Part shown: in pieces, positions 10,310-20,488 of the stretch
Layout of the letters: each line of letters opens with the position of its first letter
Numbering within the stretch: the first letter of the stretch is position 1
Assembly (NCBI GenBank): GCA_050174305.1
Contig: JBFXJZ010000009.1
Coordinates: 34,148-98,147 of the forward strand
DNA length: 64,000 bases
Source: Pyrinomonadaceae bacterium
GTDB lineage: Bacteria > Acidobacteriota > Blastocatellia > Pyrinomonadales > Pyrinomonadaceae
Direction of reading: 5' to 3'
Notes under the pieces: generated by a model
Told to the model about the DNA's origin: nothing
The model's database searches: none
What the model saw: the letters and a program-made list of their open reading frames with translations, nothing else
Translations under genes and position numbers: made by a program

Positions 10310-11647
10310 ATGCAAACCTTATCAACCAATACCGCAGAAATTCCAACCGCCTTGCCTGACATCGAAGCAGATGAGGATCGTGAAAATCTTCTTCTTGAAA
10401 ATCAGCCTGACGAACCGGAGGATGAGGAGCTGGACTCCGTCGACCTGGCTCCTGAAGCTGATTCGCAACGCAAAAGCTCACGAACCGGAAAAGCACTAAA
10501 AAGCGTCGCTGCTTTCACGGTATTTCTTTTTCTCATGGGGGTAGCTATTACATGGTTTTTCGGAATGGGATTCTTCGCCACACAGAAACCGCAATCCGTT
10601 AACCGCACCGGCGGGAAAGATACGTCGTCTGCTCCGATGACGGAGGATGAAAAGCTCAAAGCGGCTCTAACGATGGTCGCCTCTAAAGAACCCAATATTA
10701 GCAAAGACTCTGTAGCTAACCAGACGTCCGAGATAATGACGGTTGAGAAACCCGAAACAAACGCCGGCCAACCCGGCGATATCGTTTCTATGGCAGACTC
10801 ACGATCTGGAGGATCCCCGACCACTAACATCGGCACTACCCTCGCCTCTCAGGAAACAAATGGCCCCCGGGACGAAACTTCGGAAACTAGGAACAAAGAA
10901 GATCGGCCGCGTTTAAATAGCCCTCAACTCACCCAGCCGAACACATCTATCGAGCCTGTGGGTCGATCGCTTTTCTTCGGAATAACCAAAGCAAGAAATG
11001 ACGCGACTCCTGTTCAAAATGCATCGTCGGCAACTCTTGCTACCGATCCTAAGAAGGCAAGGAGCAGTGGACAGATACCATTTGGGACCTTGCTTCCCGT
11101 CCGATTGATTGGAGCTATTTACACACTTAGAAGTTCTGGCGGCGTCGTTCGGATGGAGCTGACGCAGCCGATTGAAGGTAAGGGATACTCATACCCCGCG
11201 GGCACAATGCTTATTGGCAATCTACGAGGTGGCGAATCCGTCCGAGCTTTCGTGAGTGTTGTTGGGCTCATCGATCCGGCTTCTGGTGAGCTCGTGAAAT
11301 TCGGCGGTGAACTTATGGGAACCGACGGTGCTTCCGGCATCAAGGGAAACAGGAAGAGGATCACCGGAAAATGGGCGCGATTCTTCCGAGGCTTGAAGGA
11401 GACTGCCGGGTCAATATTGGGTTCGGTTGGCTCATTCCGTTCAGGTGGGACGATTGTCCTGTCCGAACCGCTTCGTCGTGGATCGGAACGACTGTCCGAG
11501 AATACCAGCGAATCGTTATTTGGAACCGAGCGCGAGGACACATTCCTGGAAGTATTAGCAGGAACCAGCGGCTACGTTCTTGTGACCCAACTTCCTGAAC
11601 CGACAACATCAATGACCACCACAGCGAGGGGAGCAGATAAGGAATGA
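10310..11647 (+). CDS. virB10: VirB10/TrbI-like protein
   Basis: An acidic N-terminus, one TM (FTVFLFLMGVAITWFF), a low-complexity linker, and a C-terminal domain IPFGTLLPVRLIGAIY...YPAGTMLIGN...GTDGASGIKG that matches the TrbI/VirB10 pattern. An AGGAGG RBS precedes it. Confidence 0.7.
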   Translation: MQTLSTNTAEIPTALPDIEADEDRENLLLENQPDEPEDEELDSVDLAPEADSQRKSSRTGKALKSVAAFTVFLFLMGVAITWFFGMGFFATQKPQSVNRTGGKDTSSAPMTEDEKLKAALTMVASKEPNISKDSVANQTSEIMTVEKPETNAGQPGDIVSMADSRSGGSPTTNIGTTLASQETNGPRDETSETRNKEDRPRLNSPQLTQPNTSIEPVGRSLFFGITKARNDATPVQNASSATLATDPKKARSSGQIPFGTLLPVRLIGAIYTLRSSGGVVRMELTQPIEGKGYSYPAGTMLIGNLRGGESVRAFVSVVGLIDPASGELVKFGGELMGTDGASGIKGNRKRITGKWARFFRGLKETAGSILGSVGSFRSGGTIVLSEPLRRGSERLSENTSESLFGTEREDTFLEVLAGTSGYVLVTQLPEPTTSMTTTARGADKE

Positions 11648-12732
11648 TCCCATTTGACCAGAGCCAGCCTCAGATAAATCCCCGAGACCTCGTATCAGCA
11701 GGACGCCAAGCCGATCTATTTGAACTGATGGCTCGCAGCGGATACGTGCCGGAGGAACAGGTCTTCCAAGATTTTTGCGAAAGCTTAAAATCCGGCCGTG
11801 CCTGGCTAATATCGGGTACCCGGGGTAGCGGAAAGACTGCTTTTCCGGAAGCACTAGCTGCGGCCTGTAATCTTTCGATGTGCGTTGTGGCCGGACGGGA
11901 CGGTTTGAAACAGGAAGAGATCCTTTATGACTGGGACGGCGAGGAGCAGGAAGTTTGGATGAGAGAACACCTTGCTCTCGCCAAACAGCTACCAATCGAA
12001 GAGCAGGCCGAGTTTCTAGACAACGCTCGACGATCTAAATGGCAGCGCCGATTTCTGATTCTGGGCGAAGTTGGTATGGCTTATGATCTTGCGGCAATCG
12101 CGGCATCAAGTGCTCCAAGAAAACCGCCGCCGGTTTTGATCCTCGATGAAAGCGATAAATTTGGAGCGAGCATAGAAGATTCCCTTCTTATGCCGCTCGA
12201 ACGCGGATTGATCTACATTCCCCGATACGAAGGCGGAACCGTCGGCATTTCCGATTGGCAGTCAAGACCTATAGTTATCACGACCTCAAACGATCTTCGA
12301 CATAGACTCAGTTCGCCGTTTATTTCGAGACACGTCTATAGCCGTTTCTCAAGCCCGTCACTGGAGAAGGAACTTGAGATCTTATCCACGAGAAACAAAC
12401 GCGCCACATCGGTCCAGTTGGCTCTGACTACGAAATTGATCGATGCGGTTCGCGGAATCGCGGGTTTGGAGGATCATCCTAGCGTTCGTGAATCGATCGA
12501 CATAGTAACTGCATTCGAAAGGGACTCGATCGAATCGCTAAGCCCTAAGAGCCTTGTTAGGTATTTTTGTTATTTCGTAAAGACAGGTTCATCCCGAGAA
12601 CTGCTCACTCTTCAGCTCGACTATCTTCTCGCGATGATTAACGCTTTCCACCCGGATATCGATTCATGGCTTGCCTCGCGAGATTCCAATTGGAAGCTTC
12701 GGTGGCCGCAACTCTCCGGCTTTTCAGTATGA
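11644..12732 (+). CDS. AAA+ ATPase (MoxR-like), not VirB11
   Basis: Walker A GTRGSGKT, Walker B VLILDESDKF and sensor-1-like IVITTSN. It makes an ATGA overlap with virB10. Confidence 0.7.
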   Translation: MIPFDQSQPQINPRDLVSAGRQADLFELMARSGYVPEEQVFQDFCESLKSGRAWLISGTRGSGKTAFPEALAAACNLSMCVVAGRDGLKQEEILYDWDGEEQEVWMREHLALAKQLPIEEQAEFLDNARRSKWQRRFLILGEVGMAYDLAAIAASSAPRKPPPVLILDESDKFGASIEDSLLMPLERGLIYIPRYEGGTVGISDWQSRPIVITTSNDLRHRLSSPFISRHVYSRFSSPSLEKELEILSTRNKRATSVQLALTTKLIDAVRGIAGLEDHPSVRESIDIVTAFERDSIESLSPKSLVRYFCYFVKTGSSRELLTLQLDYLLAMINAFHPDIDSWLASRDSNWKLRWPQLSGFSV

Positions 12733-13478
12733 GTAAATCAGAAAACAAATTGGGTCTCTTTTCGAGGATCAAAAAAAGGCTCGGAACGACCAGACAGTCA
12801 ATCGGTTTGTCGCAACACGTCGGCGTTCTTGTTGTCCTCTGCCTCGTCGGAATATACGGAACTTTCAGAATCCTGTCGCCTCAGAATGAAGCGGCCCAAG
12901 TCAGATTCATCGAAGCTCGTGATAGTGAACCTGACGAGGATTTGTCTACAGCCCAATCGCAAATAAAAAACCCTTTTTCCGGCCCGGAGTATGACAACGC
13001 TGTAAGACTAAGGGAAACATCCGCATTCGGAATGGCGGTCTCGTTGTCGGTGTTGTCGTTGAATACCGAAACCGGGAACCTGCCGGGCAGCGTTGGAGAA
13101 ATTACGCGACATCTTGAAAGGGCTCGACTACTACCGCCTGGGCTTCGCTACAACAGTGGGACGATTGTTTCCGAACAGAGCACATTCCAGATCGCCTATC
13201 GGCGCGAACCTCTTTCATTCGAAGTTCTCGCTATCCCTAGATCTGATCAAGGCTCTCAACTGCTATTCCGATTTCCGCTTCCGCAAAGCGAGCCCAACAC
13301 AGTTCTTTACTTTGAGGCTCTCCGCGATAACGCAATCCCGGCCGCTCTATCGACCACGGAACGACTGAGTGCCTCAGGATGGAAGATCCGGCATTGGCGG
13401 GGAGATGTGATGTCTCTTAACTCTACGACCATAGATTCGCTTAAGGAGCAAAGTGCTTTTTTACTAAATGCACGGTAG
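12729..13478 (+). CDS. Hypothetical membrane-anchored protein
   Basis: The start at MSKSENK (ATG 12729) overlaps the AAA+ stop. It has a single TM (VGVLVVLCLVGIYGTF) and no recognisable motif. Confidence 0.5.
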   Translation: MSKSENKLGLFSRIKKRLGTTRQSIGLSQHVGVLVVLCLVGIYGTFRILSPQNEAAQVRFIEARDSEPDEDLSTAQSQIKNPFSGPEYDNAVRLRETSAFGMAVSLSVLSLNTETGNLPGSVGEITRHLERARLLPPGLRYNSGTIVSEQSTFQIAYRREPLSFEVLAIPRSDQGSQLLFRFPLPQSEPNTVLYFEALRDNAIPAALSTTERLSASGWKIRHWRGDVMSLNSTTIDSLKEQSAFLLNAR

Positions 13479-13489
13479 GCAATTACGAT

Positions 13490-15505
13490 ATGTTTTCTCG
13501 CGAATGGATTGAGAAATTCGACGCTTCCTATGGGATTCCACGGAAAGCAAATGAGCAATACCTGCCATCGTATCAGGCATTTTGGCAATGGTCAGCGGAC
13601 ATTGGAATGTGCCTGTTCTTCATCACACTGGGGCTACTCGGGTCATTACTTTGCCTGTATGCGGGAATTCTATTGGACGTCTATGGGCTGATCACTTTGG
13701 TCTTTTGGGCGATGGCGTTGATATGTGTCGCTGGCTCATTTGTAGATGCGTACTCGCTGATGTGGGCTTACCGCGTTCGACGCATGAGCACCGCCCACGG
13801 CTCTGCGAGGTGGGCAAAGGCCTCTGACTTGATCCGTTGTGGTTTGATGAACCGGATCAAAGGACTGCCGTTACCCGCAAATGCCCTTCCCCTTGCAAAA
13901 GCCTTTCGGGGCCGAGATGTTTTTCTCCCCGCGAGTCAGTGGCTCCGCCACTTTGTTATGTTTGGCCCAACCGGTTCCGGGAAATCAAAGACATTCTTCA
14001 TGTCGATGATCCGGGCGACCCTAAAGAAGTCATCATGTTTAGTTTACGATCCTAAAGGCGAGCTTTTTGCCCAAACGGCAAACTCTGCCAAAACGATCTA
14101 TCGTTTAGACCTCAACGATCCGACAAAAAGCGATCGATGGAACTTCATTCCCAAATGTAGGAACGATCCGGCTTTTGCATGTCAGATTGCCGGAATGATG
14201 ATCGGGATAGAGGGCCGTCGCCGCACGAATGCGGACCCGTTCTGGGGCGATGCTGAACAAATAGCATTGACTGCGATCTTGCTGCACATAGCAGAGGTTT
14301 ACCGGGAGAAAGCGATTCCCGCGTTCGCAGCAGACTTTCTTTTATTTCTCACCGGTGAAAGCGATGAGGCATTCAACGAAACGATGTTGAATTCACCTAG
14401 TCTGTACGCAAAGCAGGCTTATCTGGCTTTTCGACAGGCTCCGATTCAGACCCGTGGCTCGATTCTGATCGGTCTGTATAACAAATTGCGTCCTTTCACT
14501 CTTGCTCCTGCCCGGATGGTAACGACGCCGCCGGCAAAAAGCGAAACTGCGCTTGGTTGCCGGTTGATAGACTTTTCAGATCTTCGCCAATCCGGTACGG
14601 CAATCTATCTCGTCGTCTCGGAAGGCGCCGCTGACGTCTATAAGGAGCTGATAGCTACCTTCATCGGCCAGGCAGTAATGGAAATGAGGCTCGATGGTGT
14701 TAATGAACCTGAGTTTCCTTGCTTCGTTCTGATTGATGAGGCCTACCAATTGAACGTTTCCGAAGTGAAACGAATCTCAGGCATCGGACGCGGTCGCGGT
14801 GTCGGATTGGGTCTCGGGTATCAGGACCTGCCTCAGATGTATGACCAATACGGACGAGAGCAGGCGAATGCAATTCTTGGAACCATAATGACCAAGATCT
14901 TTCTTCCTGGCCTGGACGACGTAACCGCCGAATACGCCTCAAAACAACTTGGCGACACAACGATCTTTTCGAAGACATTTCAAGACTTTCCGGGAAAGAA
15001 GCAGGACAATACGAGGTATGCAGAGCAAAAGCGTGCGCTGATGCAGCCGAATGAGATAAGACAAACAGCCGCTCATTCCGAAGTACTAATTATCAGCGAC
15101 ACGGCTCCGCCCATTCGAGCAGCATATCCACCTTTTGCGGCTTCTAAAAACATCTTTCGTGCTGAAACGAAAGGCACCCCTACGGAAGTTCATTTAGGCG
15201 ATGTCGATCCTCAGTTCATGCTAAGCTCTCCAGCCGAGCGGGGTCTTCCTACCAAGCATGACAAGGCCACTTTGAAAGAAATCATTTCCGCCGGGGTCGA
15301 TCGAATCTGTACAACCGAACGACTGCGTGAACTGGTTGGCACGAGCCGCCAAAAGTCAGAAAATGATCTCCAACATCAGGAGGAAGAACAACCCGATAAA
15401 AGCGATCCCGTTTGCAACGCGCTCAACGATCTTCCAAATGACTTGCGGTCAATCGCTGTTCAAAGCAATAGAAATTACTTTGGTATCGAACACGCCTCAA
15501 TCTAA
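13490..15505 (+). CDS. virD4: VirD4/TraG-family type IV coupling protein
   Basis: Two N-terminal TM helices, Walker A FGPTGSGKSK and Walker B CFVLIDEAYQL; 671 aa. Confidence 0.85.
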   Translation: MFSREWIEKFDASYGIPRKANEQYLPSYQAFWQWSADIGMCLFFITLGLLGSLLCLYAGILLDVYGLITLVFWAMALICVAGSFVDAYSLMWAYRVRRMSTAHGSARWAKASDLIRCGLMNRIKGLPLPANALPLAKAFRGRDVFLPASQWLRHFVMFGPTGSGKSKTFFMSMIRATLKKSSCLVYDPKGELFAQTANSAKTIYRLDLNDPTKSDRWNFIPKCRNDPAFACQIAGMMIGIEGRRRTNADPFWGDAEQIALTAILLHIAEVYREKAIPAFAADFLLFLTGESDEAFNETMLNSPSLYAKQAYLAFRQAPIQTRGSILIGLYNKLRPFTLAPARMVTTPPAKSETALGCRLIDFSDLRQSGTAIYLVVSEGAADVYKELIATFIGQAVMEMRLDGVNEPEFPCFVLIDEAYQLNVSEVKRISGIGRGRGVGLGLGYQDLPQMYDQYGREQANAILGTIMTKIFLPGLDDVTAEYASKQLGDTTIFSKTFQDFPGKKQDNTRYAEQKRALMQPNEIRQTAAHSEVLIISDTAPPIRAAYPPFAASKNIFRAETKGTPTEVHLGDVDPQFMLSSPAERGLPTKHDKATLKEIISAGVDRICTTERLRELVGTSRQKSENDLQHQEEEQPDKSDPVCNALNDLPNDLRSIAVQSNRNYFGIEHASI

Positions 15506-15510
15506 AATAG

Positions 15511-16029
15511 ATGTTAAATCGGCTAAAGATCTCTCTTATATTGGCTCCGCTCGCTTTGACGATGTTGATCGGAGTGTATGTCTATACCCTGTGGTCCGAG
15601 GAGCGAGAGCGATCTGCGGAAACACCATTTGACTCAAGCGGAGCGATGAATCGGGATCTGCTGAAATTTCATGAAAAGCGCGGCTCATTTCCGGAAAAGC
15701 TCGAAGATCTGGAAGGTGTGGTCTGGAAAAAGAAGGATCGAAATTATGTGTCCGGTGGGCGTTCGATGTTCCATCGGAATTACTTCTACCTGTACACAAA
15801 GGTCGGTCCACATCGTTTCACCCTCTGGGCAATACCTATAGGAAGGCTGCGCGATGACGCACCCACATTCCATCTGATTGGAACTCCCAGATCCCACAGA
15901 ACCTGGAAAGGCCCGGCAGTGCCGATTCCTGATGTAGAGAAGTTGTCAGTTACTCCTTCGTCGCATAATCTGAACATTCTGGGTCTTGTCGAACAATCAA
16001 AGACCTCAGCGTCTGCGACGATGAAATGA
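15511..16029 (+). CDS. Hypothetical membrane-anchored protein
   Basis: 172 aa with an N-terminal TM, starting 5 nt after the virD4 stop. No motif recognised. Confidence 0.45.
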   Translation: MLNRLKISLILAPLALTMLIGVYVYTLWSEERERSAETPFDSSGAMNRDLLKFHEKRGSFPEKLEDLEGVVWKKKDRNYVSGGRSMFHRNYFYLYTKVGPHRFTLWAIPIGRLRDDAPTFHLIGTPRSHRTWKGPAVPIPDVEKLSVTPSSHNLNILGLVEQSKTSASATMK

Positions 16030-16125
16030 TTCGGGTTAACTGGCGTGAACTCTCTCTATCCTTATCTATATCTGTCGCCCCTTTAACAACCTGCCAATCG
16101 GATCAGCTTTCCATTGAAACATGAA

Positions 16126-17031
16126 CTAGCTCAGCCTCTCGGCCTCCTCTTTTCTGATTTGCTTCGAATGCTTCGATGGCGAGCTACCGAAAAATCTCGA
16201 GTATTCGCGGTTGAACTGTGACGGGCTTTCGTAGCCGACCTTGTAAGCTGCATTGCTAACGGCGAGCCCCTCATGGGCGATAAGATTGCGAGCTTCCAAT
16301 AGCCGCAACTGCTTTTGAAACTGAACCGGACTAAGGCCAGTCGCCTGCTTGAATTGGCGATGAAAGGTCGTCACGGCCATTCCCGTTTCCCGCGCAACAT
16401 CGCGGACATCCATCGACTTATCAAAGTTCCTTCTTAACCACTGAACGGTTCGTTCGATCCTGGAAAAGTTACTTTCACGCAACGCGAACTGCCGGAGAGA
16501 ATCTCCTTGCGGCCCGGTGAGCACTCGATAAAAGACCTCACGCTTATACACCGATGCAAGGGCGGAGATCTCGCTGGGCCGCTCGGCCAGCCGCATCAAT
16601 CGAAACAGAGCATCGGCGATCTCACCGTTCATACGGCACGCTGTAAACGGCACCGGCTTGTCTGTCCTACCACCGCCGACATCGCGAAGCAGCCCTTGTA
16701 ATATAGTGAGGTCAAGATCTAACCCAATCGACCGGTAGGGATTGCCGTTGCCGTCCGAGTGAACTGTCGCCGTTACGGGCAAGTGCATCGGGAGAAGGAA
16801 ATAGCCCGGCCCGCTAACGTTGATACTGTGCTCGCCGATCAACATTCGCTTCGTTCCCTGTAGAACAAACCCGATCATCGGCTGATACAAAGCAGCCAGC
16901 TGATGAGCAGGCACATCGCCTCCGATAACGAACAGTCCAGAAATAGGTGTTTCAATCGGATGCGTATCCGCCCCTTGGGTCATCTCGATGATTGCCGCTA
17001 GAGGTTTATTGAGTTCGAAGCGTATTGGCAT
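16126..17031 (-). CDS. AraC-family transcriptional regulator
   Basis: A C-terminal double HTH (VARETGMAVTTFHRQFK ... AYKVGYESPSQFNREYSRFFGSSP) and an N-terminal cupin-like domain. Confidence 0.85.
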   Translation of the reverse strand: MPIRFELNKPLAAIIEMTQGADTHPIETPISGLFVIGGDVPAHQLAALYQPMIGFVLQGTKRMLIGEHSINVSGPGYFLLPMHLPVTATVHSDGNGNPYRSIGLDLDLTILQGLLRDVGGGRTDKPVPFTACRMNGEIADALFRLMRLAERPSEISALASVYKREVFYRVLTGPQGDSLRQFALRESNFSRIERTVQWLRRNFDKSMDVRDVARETGMAVTTFHRQFKQATGLSPVQFQKQLRLLEARNLIAHEGLAVSNAAYKVGYESPSQFNREYSRFFGSSPSKHSKQIRKEEAERLS

Positions 17032-17179
17032 GATTAGGCATATACTACATCATATTTAAGCCTTCTCCATAAATCGTGTTTGAGCATTTCGGCAGGTTTA
17101 GGCAAGAACTTGACACGAATGCATCTAGTTTCTGGCCGAGAGAAGAGCGAGAATTAAATCCTCAAAAAGGAGAATAATT

Positions 17180-17932
17180 ATGAAAATTGCAATCGTAACA
17201 GGCGGAAGTAACGGCATTGGAAAGGCAACGGCACTAGAACTCGCCAAACGCGGAATCGGCGTCATCCTTACGTACAACACATACGCCGATAGAGCTCATT
17301 CGGTGGTGGAAGAGATCGATGGTTCTGGCGGTAAAGCCATAGCGATGAAACTCGACCTGACTGATCGCTCAAGTTTCACAGTTTTTGAAGCGGAGCTGAA
17401 AAAAAAGATCCACGATCTATCCGGCCGAACCACGTTCGACCATCTGATCAACAACGGGGGAGCCGGTGGACCGATGGCGTTCGATGAGATGACCGAGGAA
17501 TACTTCGATCTGATCATGAACACGAACTTCAAGGGTCCGATTTTTCTGACGCAGAAGCTTGTAAAACATATGGAAAACGGCGGATCGATCGTGAACGTCA
17601 CGAGCTCGTCGAAGTCGCAGGTTTTTCTCGGCTATTCGGTCTACGGCTCACTCAAGTCTGCGTTCTCGACTTGGACTCGCTATATTGCAAAGGAACTCGC
17701 ACCGCGAGGCATCCGCGTCAATGCCGTATCGCCCGGTCCGACGATTACCAACTTCGGCGACGGAGCATTCGACCGGCACCCTGAGTTGATCGAACCGCTG
17801 GCAGCACAGTCAGTGTTCGGACGGCTTGGCTCTCCCGAAGATATCGCGAAGGTTGTCGCTAACCTCGTATCGGACGATTTCGGCTGGGTAACCGCTCAGG
17901 ATGTGGAAGCCAGCGGAGGCCACCTGCTATAG
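17180..17932 (+). CDS. Short-chain dehydrogenase/reductase (SDR)
   Basis: TGGSNGIGKA cofactor motif, NNGG, and the catalytic YGSLK (YxxxK). It is divergent from the AraC gene. Confidence 0.9.
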   Translation: MKIAIVTGGSNGIGKATALELAKRGIGVILTYNTYADRAHSVVEEIDGSGGKAIAMKLDLTDRSSFTVFEAELKKKIHDLSGRTTFDHLINNGGAGGPMAFDEMTEEYFDLIMNTNFKGPIFLTQKLVKHMENGGSIVNVTSSSKSQVFLGYSVYGSLKSAFSTWTRYIAKELAPRGIRVNAVSPGPTITNFGDGAFDRHPELIEPLAAQSVFGRLGSPEDIAKVVANLVSDDFGWVTAQDVEASGGHLL

Positions 17933-18154
17933 TCCGGCTGGACAGCCGACCAGACTTTATCTCGCCGGCACCTTCGAAGCAATGCTGTCCAATGGGACAT
18001 ACCGCTAGTCAACTACGCTGGCGTTGTTGAGAAGGTGTCGGTGCCGACTAGTGTCAGGACGGGGAGACGCAAACAAAGCGGTAGGCCGACCGCACATGGT
18101 GAACTTGCGGTGTGACGGGCCGGATCGCAAAAATTCCGCCCCGAGATCAGTAAA

Positions 18155-20407
18155 CTATCTTGTCGGGACAGGCGAATGGTCACGGCTCGGGACGCTTTGC
18201 TTGAATTCCTGCACGACCTTCGGCCTTGAAGGATCTCTTTCGTGTTGTGAATTCCGAGCATTTCTCCCAACGACGATCTCGCTCAGCTCTTGCGACAGCT
18301 GTTGGGCCTCCAAATTCAATGAATTATTTCTACCATTACCCAAGTGTTCCTCGAAAATCACGGTGGTACGATTCAGAACTACTCTTGAGTCGACATTTGA
18401 AAGCGATAAATCGAGTAGCTCCCGCTTCATTTCTTCTCGAAGTCCCTCAAAAACAAGGCTGGTGGGCAAATCTCGCTTTTCTGAGCCACTGCGAGCTGTT
18501 GTCTCTAGATGATCTTTTTGCTCCGTTGCTCGCTGATACACAAAATCCCTTTCGGCGGGCGGCAGTTTTCGGTAAAGTTCGCTGTGATCGAAGCTATTCT
18601 TGTATCGAAGTTCCTCATTCGGGGTTTTGAGACTCTGGAGGAAGTGTTTTGTCGCTGACAAGGACTCGTCAAGATATTTCCGTTCCATTCGAGATTCCAG
18701 ACTATTGACCAATTGGAGAGCCTCCGGGCTTGGAGCGATCTCACCTCTTTTCAAAGCCTCAGTTCGCGCTTTTGTGGCGGCGCCATCACCTGCATGGCTG
18801 AGTTTCGCTACGGTCATTTCTGACGTGAAGTGTCGAGGCGATTGTTCGGTAAACAACATTTGCATCTCATTGGAAGTTAGCGCGGGTGAGGTTGTAGGCT
18901 TTCGATCTCCGCCGTCCTGCTGACGATTAAAACCTACAGAAGCATTTTCAATTCTGATCTTTGACGATGCTTCAATCACTTCTTCACGTGATTGACACCG
19001 GTCCAACATCTGGGCGTAGTCTCGATATCGCTCGTTGAAATGTCTAAGCCTCGTTTCAGGTTGTTTGAGTTGGTGTTCAAGATACGCAGTCGCGAAACGC
19101 AGGTCCTCGTAATCCAGCTCCTTTCCCTTCACACCGTTCTCAATCGTTTTATCCGATTTTGCCCTAAACAGCTTCAGGATTGTGGAGGGTGGAATCCCGT
19201 TCTCAAGAGCCTCGTTGAGCGCCGGAAATTTAACCTCGGACCAGTGTTTGAGTTCGTCGACCGACATCTCGGTCGCAAGAAGATTCAGATGCGTGCTTTC
19301 AAGCTCAATTCGCTCGAACCCAAGAGTTGTCTGACCGTGTTCAGGATCCCGTTCGGTCGATAGATGTTCAGATGATTCAGCAATTTCTTCGGGCTCTTCA
19401 CCGAAAGAATGTTCCATGTTCTGCGAATTCGATTCGACAAGCTGCTCGTATGGCATCGAACGGTCCGATGGTTCCAATCTCTCCATCTCGTCAGCCACCT
19501 TCGCGATTTCTGCCAGCGTCCTATCGAACCGTTCCACGACTGATTCTGATTTCGCCTCGTCTCTAACCTGATCTAACAGTTCCTGTTTTCCGTCTAGCGA
19601 GTCGTAAATCCAACGAAAGACCTTCGCGTCGGTTTCTCGATCCGCATTACTTCCCGCGATAGTCTTCCCGTATTCCAGGATTCGGGGAGCCGCCTCTCGT
19701 GCTTTCTCTGATCCGACCAGTGCCTCAAGTCGGCCTACTCCGTATCCAAGAGTTGCCAGTTGAAGCGGTGACTTTAGATCATGCGACTCCTTCGGAATTA
19801 TCAGTACACCGTTTTGAACAGTTCCGCCACGTTCGTAGGTGTCGCGAAGAAATTGTGATTCGGCGTTGAGGAATGAAGCATGCTCGCTCCTGTTACGACC
19901 ATTGGTGTCGTCGAGTTTGGATAGTAGAAGGTCCGATTTGCTGACGGAAATTATTTCGTTGATCGCTCTTTCTGTTCGGGGATTCGATGGTCGAAAGCTT
20001 GCGTCTTGGACACTAGTGGATCGTGCGGCATGATTTAGTTCTTTTGCATCAATTGCCTTTGCAACCTTTTCGATCGCGAGCTTAACGACATCCGCGTGGC
20101 ACGTCTGCCCCGCTCGACAAAAGCATGTGATCGAGATTGGTTGGCCATTCCTGAATGCTTCACTAAGCAGGACCATACCGTCCCTGAGTCCACCTTCATT
20201 CTGCTTGTAACTACTTCGAAGCCGTTCGGAGTAAGCAATAAGAGCGGCATCGCGACCTCCACCGCGTGGTGCAATTTCGTTCCGATTGGGCGAAAGAAGA
20301 CTCAATTCTGGAGTAATAATATTCCCCAGGTCCAAACTTCTGTTTGGCGATTGCGAGTCGCTGTTGCTTAGGCGAGCTATTACTTTATTGCTCAAATCGA
20401 ATTTCAT
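18155..20407 (-). CDS. Large hypothetical protein downstream of the relaxase
   Basis: 750 aa, acidic and helical. The N-terminal ~120 aa contains ISITCFCRAGQTCHADV (a Cys/His cluster). No catalytic motif recognised. Confidence 0.55.
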   Translation of the reverse strand: MKFDLSNKVIARLSNSDSQSPNRSLDLGNIITPELSLLSPNRNEIAPRGGGRDAALIAYSERLRSSYKQNEGGLRDGMVLLSEAFRNGQPISITCFCRAGQTCHADVVKLAIEKVAKAIDAKELNHAARSTSVQDASFRPSNPRTERAINEIISVSKSDLLLSKLDDTNGRNRSEHASFLNAESQFLRDTYERGGTVQNGVLIIPKESHDLKSPLQLATLGYGVGRLEALVGSEKAREAAPRILEYGKTIAGSNADRETDAKVFRWIYDSLDGKQELLDQVRDEAKSESVVERFDRTLAEIAKVADEMERLEPSDRSMPYEQLVESNSQNMEHSFGEEPEEIAESSEHLSTERDPEHGQTTLGFERIELESTHLNLLATEMSVDELKHWSEVKFPALNEALENGIPPSTILKLFRAKSDKTIENGVKGKELDYEDLRFATAYLEHQLKQPETRLRHFNERYRDYAQMLDRCQSREEVIEASSKIRIENASVGFNRQQDGGDRKPTTSPALTSNEMQMLFTEQSPRHFTSEMTVAKLSHAGDGAATKARTEALKRGEIAPSPEALQLVNSLESRMERKYLDESLSATKHFLQSLKTPNEELRYKNSFDHSELYRKLPPAERDFVYQRATEQKDHLETTARSGSEKRDLPTSLVFEGLREEMKRELLDLSLSNVDSRVVLNRTTVIFEEHLGNGRNNSLNLEAQQLSQELSEIVVGRNARNSQHERDPSRPKVVQEFKQSVPSRDHSPVPTR

Positions 20408-20488
20408 GACTTACCCAATCCTCCTCTCGGACTTACCGAGCTATGAAAGGGCAAATAATGTGCCGAAACAATAAGACATGGAGCCGAA

